Assembly (NCBI RefSeq): GCF_038025025.1
Contig: NW_027117353.1
Coordinates: forward strand, 62,001-126,000
DNA length: 64,000 nucleotides
From: Phyllosticta citribraziliensis
Taxonomy: Eukaryota
Direction: 5' to 3'
Shown: one piece after another, positions 25,901-36,400 of the stretch
Layout of the letters: the number at the start of each line of letters is the position of its first letter
How positions within the stretch are numbered: the first letter of the stretch is position 1
Program-made: the position numbers and the translations under genes
Notes under the pieces: generated by a model
What the model was told of the DNA's origin: nothing
Database searches by the model: none
What the model saw: the letters and a program-made list of their open reading frames with translations, nothing else

Positions 25901-28900
25901 CAAAGTCTTCGACAACATTACCAACACGGTCAAGACGGTCGAGCAGCTCCATCACCGGTTCAAGACTGGCTCGAATGAGTACATCCTCGAGAAGGGGCCT
26001 GAAGCACCCAAAAAGGTGCCAAGGATCTCAATCAGGAGCCAGGCCGTGCTCTTTGAAATCGAGGACAGTGGCTTCGAGTGGAAGCTTGGAACAATCTTCA
26101 GACTTGGCTTGCTCGAGCAGAGACAACGCATGGCCCGCGAGGATGCATTTGCTCTCAAGGTCAAAAAGCTCAAGGAAGGCGAACGCCGTCGTGGCAACAC
26201 AAGTAACCGTGCTAGGTCTGCACACATGCGTGGCCGAAGCCAGCAACGACCTGGAAGTGAATTCGAGCGACGGAGCAAAAGCTTGACGCGCGGCGATGGG
26301 AAGGGCAGCACCGAAGAGCGTGGGCGCAGACGAATGCGGTACGACGTCGAAGGTGCCTCCGAGATGAGCGACAGTACTCGAGTCCATATTGCTCAAGCTC
26401 GCGAGAAACTCGACAGGTTGCATGCTCAAAGCTGGAGAAATCGCATTGACAACGGTCTCAAGTCCACGAACAACGGCGTCAAGGATATACGCGCCATGTT
26501 CTGGGGCCTCGACGACATGCCCGACGGCGTCGAGCAGCAGGAATCAATCCTTGCTATTCCCCAACGGCCAGCGTTGATGGCTTTCTTGGTCAGCGACCTC
26601 CACTTCATTGTCGACAAGCCAAGTTTCCCCTTGTCGGAGTACCCAACTTTCTTGAACCGCATCGGCAAAGGAATGCCCGTTGACATGCAGTACTCATTAC
26701 TCATTCCTCTCAGTGTCCAAATCAGCATGGGTGAAGCACGAATGAACCTGCGCGACTATCCTCTGCCATTCATCCACATACCCGCCATGCGGACTGGGCA
26801 GTCGACTCGTCTTCCAAGTTTTTCCCTCAAAACGGACTTTGTCATTGCAGAGGAGTTTCGCGACCGCGAGTCCAGCAGACAAATCGAGGTTGAAGTCGTT
26901 CCTCCGGAGATGCTTGAAGATGGTCAAAAGTCTGGTGGCTTTATTGTCAACGTTCGCAAAACCATTGCTCCTGTCAAGACTTACTCCGATATGAGTGTCG
27001 ACGTCAACACTAGCTTCCCGACGAGGATTACGTGGGGCAGTAGTTACCAGCCGGCCATTCAGGACATGATGCAGGTCATAGAAGGTTTCACCAAGGCCCC
27101 CGTCGACCCGAGTGAAAAGGTGGGATTCTGGGACAAGATCCGACTGAGTTTCCACAGCAAAATCAGAATTGCATGGAAGGGAGACGGCGATGTGCACTTG
27201 ATCCTTAAAGGCTCTCGCGATCCCTACAAGGTTACTGGCGATGGCGCTGGCTTTGTCATGTGCTGGCGCAACGACGTCCGACTCAACGTGTGTCAAGACG
27301 ACGACCCGAAAAAGTTCATCACCGTCGACAGCGGTGTGTACGTACTCGCGATTCCCGATTTGAGTCACTATGCGAGGTCAGTCGATCAAGAGGAGGTGGA
27401 CAACGAAACTGTCATCAGCAGTTCCAACTTCAAGCACGGTGCATCCTTCCGCAAGACTGTCATGAAGCTTTCCGGCAACGTCAGATGGCTTGTTGGCCTT
27501 GTGTTTGAGAAGACTGGGAATAACGGCAAGAGATCTTTCGAATTTGCTCCCCACTACGACGTCATCCTCAGACATCCCGACTACGCCAAGTCTCGCGACG
27601 GCAAGGAGTACGACGCCTTCCGCGGATTCCGTAGCCACCACATCCATATGTCGGTCGCCATCGCTGCACCCCACGATAGGGATTGGTCTGTTGCAAACAC
27701 CAAGGCTTCATCCAACTACAACAGCCTTCACCTTACTCCTCGAGTCTTCGGTCACTTCTTTAGCTGGTGGTCACTGTTCTCCGGTGCCATGCAGCTACCT
27801 GTGCGCCAGGGACCTCTATGGCCTGGTGTGGACAAGTCTGGCAAGAAGTTTGGAAGACATCTCGGCACCATCAAATTTGGCCTCTTGCTGTCTCCTCTTT
27901 ACATGAGTCACATTTACAAGCACAAGGATCCAGACGACTATGGACAAGGTGTGGTATCGGCGACTGGTCTCAAGGTTCGCCTAGACAGCTTCATGCTTGA
28001 TCTTCACATGCGCAGAGAGGAGTTTCGCTCTTCGGCTCAAGGTGCGAACAAGTCGACTACGACGACTGGTATGCGCATCAACCAGGTGCAGTTGGACTTT
28101 ATGTCTGCCGATATCCGCGCCATCTCGGCGCGCATCACGGGTCCGGAGAGCAATGATCTAGAGGAAGAGACCGAAGACACCTTGAACTCGTTCCAGCAAG
28201 ACGCGACGCAGGTTGACTTGTCCAAGTTCACGATTCCGGACAACGATCTCTCGTGGGTAGACATGGATGATTTTGTGGAGCTGGACTGGATCCTCCCCTC
28301 AGAGAACAATCCGGAGACTAAAATTTTGCCATTGGCTTTTGCCCCTCGCTTCACGTACTTCCGCCAGACAGACCATCAAGACCACATCTCTGGAGATCCG
28401 CACAGGACCAGCATTTTCGGCAATGAACCAACTCACTACTGCGTCATGTCAAAGCAAAACGACCCAAGGCGTGTTCAATGCGAACTCATTGCAGACCGGC
28501 TGAAGAAGGTCCACGAGCAACTAGAATCAAACAATCGCTCCATTGGTGAACAACAACTCAGGATCCTGCGTTCGACCGAAGACGACGACGTTGAGCTCGA
28601 AGAACGCTTGCGGGTATACCAGCATCATCACGAAAACCTGCAGCGCAAGCGCGACATCCTCCAGTCCATGTACCACAGCTTGATCGTTCGGCTTGAGCGT
28701 GACGAGAACTCTGCCGTCGCGTCTAGTGACGCTGACGACGAGTACTACCAGGCGCCGGAGATGTATGACCAGACTGACAATAACGCTAAGAAGCTGGATG
28801 CGACGCCTCTGGCAGATTACATTAGCGACTTCAACAACCGCTTCGTCATCCACAACGCCCAAGTCAAGTGGAACAATGCGCTACGAAACATTATCCTCCG

Positions 28901-31900
28901 ATACATTCACCAGGTCAGCCAGCGTCGTGGTTTCGTTTACTACATGTCGCGTCGGGCTGTCAAGTTTATCCTGGACATCATCGATGAACAAAGCAAGTCC
29001 CGCAAGTCGACCGATGTACCTGTGACCAAGCCACGCTCTGCATCAACGCCAATGTCTCCCCAAGCAGATGATGACTTGGACGTCAATTCGAGGATTCAGC
29101 AGCTGCTCCAGGATGGCCGAAGATTTGTAGATGCCAACGACCCAGCCGAATCCGAAACGAACAAGCAGCCCTCTGCCGAGAATCCAAACGACGACATTGC
29201 TCAGGAATTTACGGCGCAGAACACGTACCACGTCCGCCTCATCGCACCGCAGATTCAGCTGCAGAGCGAGAAGAACACAAAGTCTGCGGTATTGGTGACG
29301 GCCAAGGGCATGCAGCTAAAGGTCATTCAAGTCATGGACAAAGACCGCGTCGAGGACGACGTCTCTGGTCTCGTGCAGCGGCGCTTTTCGGCTGCTATGG
29401 ACAGCCTGCAAATTTTCGTGACGAGCACCAAAACCTTCTCCACCGAATACCTGCACATGTACTCGGGCAATAGGTACGGAGCGAGCGTCGGCTCCAGTTG
29501 GCCTCCGTGGGTACCTTTTGAAGTCATGTTCGAATTTGACACGAATCCGTACGGCTTCTCCAGGGTGGTTCAGAGGACTTCGGCCAGCTTGAGATATGAC
29601 AAATACAACACTCTTCGTCTCAAGTACAACGACGACGTCAGTGGCGAGGAAAACAGCCACTCACACAGCCCTGAGAGTGCGGAGAGCAGAGTCGACCATC
29701 TCTGGGTCGAGTTCCCCCACGTCCGCGCCGTTTGCGACTCGATGCAGTACTACGCCATGTACATTATTGTGCTGGACCTCCTTCTCTACAGTGAACCACT
29801 CGAGAAGCAACGCAGCGAGAAGCTGGAGAAGATCATGCTGGCCTCTGATTTTAGCGACCTCAACGGTGCTCCGGAGCTTGTCGTGAGCCTGCAAGAACGT
29901 ATCCACCAGCTGGAAGAGATCAAGACACGATTCCAGGTTCACGAGCAGTACCTTGACCGTGAGGGCTGGAAGAACAGGATCGAGCTGGAGAGAACGCTTG
30001 CGGAGAACGAGGAGGAGTTGTTCTTCATGATGAAGGCCATTACCACGTCACAACGCAAGACAGATGACAGAGCCGCCGAGGCGACTCAGCCCATGGGATT
30101 GCTGCGCTATCTCATCACCGCAAGCGAGATTGTGTGGCATCTTGTCCGCGAAGGCGAGGAGAGCTTGGCCGAGTTTCAGCTGGGCAATGCAAGCTTCGAC
30201 CGCACAGACAACAGCGACGGCTCCAACCTCAACTGCATGGAGATTGAACGCATCCATGGCCTCAATCTGCTGCCCGATGCTGTCTATCCCGAGATGATTG
30301 CTCCATATCTCGATGAGAGTAGGAACTTTGTCGACGGCAGGGACGCAAAGATGCTGCGTGTGCACTGGTTCATGCTTGAAGCAATTGCAGGTATTCCTGT
30401 CATGGACCACTTTGAAGTCAACCTCTTCCCTCTCAAGGTTCAGCTCGAGCGCGAGATTGGCAAGAAGCTGTTTGAGTACATCTTCCCAGGTGTCGGCAGC
30501 AATGCATTCGAGAATGGCGGGTTCTCGCCGTTCATGGTTAAGCACATTCTTCCTCCACAAGAAGAGGGGATGGAGGTAGAGAACGGCGATGATCAAGTCA
30601 ACCTCGTTCCGGACTCTCCCCAGATCTCGAGAAACTCGTCACAGCGGGCAAGCATTGACGGATCTGGTCCCGGTTCCCTGGAGCTGCGCCTACAACCGAC
30701 ACTTGCGTTGCCTGATCAGAACAGGCCAAAGACTTCTTCGGGAATGTCTGCAAAGAAGGGCAACATCGGGGCCCATCTCGACTTGACGCAATTCAAGATG
30801 TTTGACGCATCGAGTCGCACTGGCACCGGGTTGTTCAGGAACCTCCATACCTCTTCGGGATCTGCAAAGGACAACTCGGATACCCTTACCATCGCGAGCG
30901 CCCGACCTTCGAGTCGCCGTTCCTCGGCTACAAAGCTACCTGGCGTGGCCGAGAACGAAAAGTCGGCCAAGCGCGGCTTCGGCATGCACAGATCACCAAG
31001 CTCGCAACGCAAGGAAAGGAGCCAGAGCGACGACCTCAATCAGATGATGACGCGCGCCAGCAACTACATGACATTCGCCTACATCAAGATTCCCAGCATG
31101 GTACTCTGTCTCTCATACAAGGGCAAAGGTAATCGCAATGTGGAAGATGTACACGACCTCGTCTTCCGCATGCCCACCATTGAGTACCGCAACAAGACTT
31201 GGAGCAACCTTGACCTGGCACTTGCACTTAAGAAAGACGTCATCCGCGCTCTCATCAGCCACGCAGGTACCATTCTAAACAACAAGTTCTCGCACCACCG
31301 CCCGAACAAGGGCAAGGGCGTGCAGCACTTGAAGCAGTTGGCCAATCCATCCATCATGCTCAACACGTCGTCCGAGGTTTCGTCGACGCAGGTGTCGGAC
31401 AGCTCGCGTGCTAGCCCCGAGGACGATACCGAAGCCGAGCCGCGAAGGAGTTTTGCCAGCGGACGGGACTCGGCCGTTAGTCGCGCGGACAGCTACTCGA
31501 GCAGCGCGCGGAGTGTGACTGGCACCACTTGGACTGGTGGCGGATTGAACGCCCACAACAGGTCTGAGGATCCTACTACTTTTGCCGACGAGCTGAGTGT
31601 GGTGGATTTCGACGTATGTTGGACCCTTCACTTCTAGGTCTTTCCAATGAGGAATAGATTGCTAATGCTGAACGTAGCGTGACACGGCAAGCATTCGCCA
31701 CGCCCCCAACACCTTGCACCGCGCCATCACGGCCATGAGCCATCGGTCAAGGGATAGGGATGACGATTCTGAAGAGAGGTAAGTTGCGCAATCGAACGAC
31801 CCGCAGTGGGGCCGCATGCTAACGTGGGTACGCAGTAACCGCATGAAGAGCAAGCTGCTTCTAGGCAAAAAGTTTGTCAAAAGCCTTGGACAACACAAAT

Positions 31901-31902
31901 GA
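22971..31902 (+). CDS. FMP27: Fmp27/Hobbit (BLTP2) bridge-like lipid transfer protein, ~2940 aa; introns 31614-31677 and 31779-31835
   Basis: A 2888-codon first-exon ORF with an N-terminal TM anchor and the family signatures GFWDKIRL, WPPWVPFE, RMPTIEYRNKTWSNLDLALALKKDVI and AQSWRNRI. The last exons splice in frame to ...KSLGQHK*. Confidence 0.92.
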
Positions 31903-33415
31903 TTGTGTCATCTTTGCGGCAAAACACCTGTCTCGGCCGACATCGGACAACTCACGCTCTCCTGAACACATCACATGCCTTTGCAGAAAAATGGTACAGC
32001 AAAGTATGACTGATTTCTAGTTACACGGACCCATTGCTCTCGTTTTCTCTGTTCGAAATGCAGCATCTCCACGGCGTTTTCTTGTCTGGCAGTGGCTCCA
32101 CTGGTCGGTATGCGTTCATTTCAAAAGATACGGAACGAGGCAACCTTCTTTCACTTTTTCTCTCAACTATAGACTTGCTTAACGGGGACCATGGCGGTGG
32201 CGTACGTCGACGGAGTCTGGACGCAAAGCTAGGCTGAACCGACCGGGCTGGTTGAAGCAACAGGAAAGCACAAGGGCGGAAAGGGAGGGGTCGGTGGTGT
32301 ATTCTTTTCCGTACTCTTTTTTGTCTCGCGCGGCAGGGTGGCGCGACACGGCGTCAATGTAGACACGGACGAACTGGCATTGGGTTCAATTGTTTACGGT
32401 AAACGGTCGGTCGGTCCTTTTGGTTCTTTGGACTTTGGGGCAGGAGGACAGCGTTCCCTTCTGACTTTGGAGCGGCGGAACAGGTGGGGATTCGACTTTG
32501 GTGTAGATATTTTTGTACGATCATGAGAGAGCTGTGTGGGGCTGAGCAGCGGCGTTCCTGGGAACAAACTGCTCGAGCACTTGGAAACGACAGTACAAAA
32601 TCACGACCTGATTCGATCCAACAACCGGGGCGGGGGAGCGCGATTGCTATATCTCGGTTCGATCTCTCTGAAACTGACCCCACCGTGGAGATCGCACCAC
32701 AGATGAAGGGAAACAGAGCAGCAAGGGGCTACAACCGCAGGAGAACCGGGTAAGTGTTCAAGGGGTGCTGCGAATCCAGGAGGCCTAACTTTGTCGAGCT
32801 AACCGCATGGGGCAACTTCTAGACAAGCGATGAGGCTAGTTCAACGTCGTCTCTGAGTACGTCGTTGCATGTGCGGCCTCTTTGCGCAATGGTGTCCCAA
32901 AGACTTTGCGGCCGTTGGAGAGAATGTTGGGACTGCAATGGGTGGTGTTGATGAGGCAAGTTTTCGTTGTGCCTGCCGCCAGCAATTTTGAAGATGCTGA
33001 AGTCTTCAGGTCTCTCGTGCGATTGATGTGTGCGTCTTGAATTCGTCGCTCCACCACCTCCAAAGGCTTGCTGGCAGATGATGCAACCATGAGGAACCCA
33101 CTCAACAAGGGAGATGTCACATCATGGCGGGCTTCTAATAATGGAAGGGATTAGTTTGTCGGTCGACAGACTTAGTCCTGCATCGTCTCTAGACCATTGA
33201 CGAACGATTCCTCTCCGCGTCCGCCGATACCATCACCGCCCTGGTGGGGAAATGACGAGATGGTCTGAAGCGGCGTGGGCCGGACCAGATCGCAAAGACG
33301 AGGCAAAATCTCAATGTGGATTAAAAACTCGATTCAATCCTATTCTAAGGGAGGCTTCCAAATCCCCGCTCAACCTCTGACTGCCGCAGCTGCTGACAGT
33401 GCTGTGTCCGTCATC

Positions 33416-36400
33416 ATGGTTGCCAAAACCGCCTTCGCCAGCCTTCTCTTGCTGGCCACGGCTGCAGGGTCGCCAGCCCCTAAAGCCGGTCACAAAACCT
33501 CCCTCAGGCTCCAGCAACCAGTTCCTTACGAAATCAACCATGAGGAGAGGCTTCCGATGAAGAGCTTCCTCGATTACCCTTGCTACTTTCTCCACATGGG
33601 AGATTTGAACGGGTTCACTATTCCTCTCATTCGGACTGCCCTCGAGGCTGGGCAGAAACACGAGGCCATCATCGAAGGATGGACCAGCCACAGCGGCGGG
33701 TCATGCCAGTTTGCACTGTCCCCCGATTTCCCTCCAAGGCTCGACTCCGAGTTCAAAGTCATCACGTCCATTGAGGGAAATTGTCCCGGCAAGGTCGACA
33801 ACAAGTTGGACCCTGTACCGTTCTACATCCCCGAAAACGCTGCCAATGGCAACTACACGTTGGCTTGGACGTGGTTTCCGCAGGTTCCGAGCACCGGCAG
33901 ACCAGAAATGTGGATGGAGTGTGCGCCCGTTGAAATCGTCGAGGGCAAACCAAAGAAGAAGAAGCCCAAAAAGGCGGGCAAGGGATGGCTGAAGAAGCTG
34001 CCGACCATGTTCATTGGAAACGTCAATGTTGGAAGCTTCGACGTCGACAAAGAATCCAAGGCGGACTACCAAAACGCCTTGAATGGCAAGTACGGACCCA
34101 AGGGCAGGTGGAACAGGATTGCTTGCATCACCAAGAACGACACGGAGCTTGCGTTCCCATATCCGGGCGATCAGAAAATCAACAACGTTGAATCGGGCAT
34201 CATCAACGAAGTGGAGAGGCAAGCCAAGAGAATGAAAAGGTACCCCGTCGGCGATGGCTGCTGGGTCAAGGACAAGCCTGTCAAGGGACTCGACAAGAGT
34301 TGGGGTTACGGCAAAAGGGATGTGGACGAGTCTTTGGACGAGTCCGACGACGAGGTAAGTTGGCCTCCCCTTTCGTCCGAGCTGCCTTTGCTGATCTCAT
34401 TGCACAGGACGAGGTCAACCTCTTCGAACGTCGGAGCGTGTCAGGTGGAACGACCACGCGGCTCTTTACGTCGTCTTACGACCTAGCTCCGGGTGAGACA
34501 TTCGGTCCTTCGCCGCCGCAGCAGACTGTCACTGTCTCCGCAGACCAATTCTCAAGATATCCGGTCCTGCCTACTACATTCGTTATTGAGCCCGGATCTT
34601 CAGTCCGTGGACAGGTGGACTACAGAACCGCGACCGTTGAATATGATGGGCCCAGCACATTCAGTTTCTATATGTCAATCAGCGAAAGTTTTCCCAGAAC
34701 ATTGGCTGTTGCGACGCCTCGAGCGGCGTTGAGTACCCCCGCTCCATCGGCAAGCTCTACTCCATCAGAAAGCTCTACTCCATCAGAAAGCTCTACTCCA
34801 TCAGCAAGCTCTACTCCATCAGCGAGCTCTACTCCATCAGCGAGCTCTACTCCATCGGAAAGCTCTACTCCATCGGCGAGCTCTACTCCATCGGCAAGCT
34901 CTACTCCATCGGCAAGCTCTACTCCATCGGCGAGCACCACTCCATCGGCGAGCACCACTCCATCGGCGAGCACCACTCCATCGGCGAGCACCACTCCATC
35001 GGCGAGCACCACTCCATCGGAATCCACCACCCCGTCTGGTGGAACGACCACGACGCAGCTCTCTACGAGATTTTACAACCCAACTCCGGGTAATGCATAT
35101 GTTCCTGCTTCGCCACAGACTGTCACTATCTCCTCGGACCAATACTCACGATTTCGTACCCTGCCCACTACATTCGTTCTTGTGTCCGGAACTCCAGTCC
35201 GTGGTGCAATGTTGGATCGTAAAACCCTGACCTTTGAATATGATGGGCCCACCACATTCGGCTTTTATGTGTCAGATGTAAATGCTGGAAACTATTACTC
35301 TGTGGGAAGCACATTGGCTATTGCGACGCCTCGAGCACTGTCCAGTACTCCCTCTTCATCTGCCACCACGACTGCGGAGTCCAATTCCAATTCGCTCACA
35401 CAACCGACAACCACGACTCCATCGGCAAGCACCACTGAATCGACGACCACCACCCCGTCAACGTCCCTGTCTACAAAGAAATACTATGCAAGTGGCACTG
35501 AGCGTTTACCTTCGCCGGACGTGCAGACTATCGTGGTCACCTCAGACCCACTGTTCCGTATTTCGCCAACTACACTCGTTATTAGCCCCGGGGGCCCAGG
35601 TCTTGGGGCACCATTAAGTCATACCGTGACTATTGCACACGATGAGTCCAGGACGTTCAGATTTTTTGCCTGGGATGATTCTTATGGCCCTCAAACACCC
35701 TTCCTTGCGACACCTCGAGCTGTCTCAACTACCCCTACTACATCGCCTTCCTCTGCGACGACGACGACGGATTCCATCTCGAACTCGGTGACCCAGCCAA
35801 CAATTACCACTTCCTCTTCAGTTTCCTCGTCAAGAGGCCTCTCCACAAGATTTTACTACCCAACAAGGGGTGGCCTTCTTACGCCGGGTGTCGAAACGGT
35901 CACAGTCTTTGAGGACCCGAGGTATCCTAGTTTGCCAACCTCGTTCGTCATTTCCCCTGATTATTCCTACTCGGGCGCAACGCAAGTGGTTCCGACCTTG
36001 ACTCTTGCGTATAATGGGGTCCAAACATACGGCCTCCTCATCTCAGACTCAAGGGGACCTGGCACAGCAACACGCGCGATTTTGACACCTTACACGTCAA
36101 GCACGTCAAGTACTCCAAGCACGTCAAGTACCCCAAGCTCGTCAAGTACCCCAAGCTCGTCAAGTACCCCAAGCTCGTCAAGTACCCCATCCTCGTCAAG
36201 TACCCCATCCTCGTCCTCTGCCACTACGACGACGGTCTCGAATTCGAACTCGGTGACACAACCGTCCATCATCATCAATCCTCCATCAACCGTCTCAGCT
36301 CCAACTCAAAGCGCGTCGTCTGGGACGAGTCCGAGCCAGCCCACCACTTCTCCGCCCACGACAACGCAGACGGCGTCCGCGACCTCAGGGAGTCCCACTC

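Noticed and set aside
32836..33120. Short minus-strand ORF, possible gene relic
   Set aside because: No recognisable motif, clear start or splice structure.
34744..35031. Regular repeat array resembling a CRISPR
   Set aside because: There are no unique spacers; it is an in-frame coding minisatellite in a eukaryotic gene.
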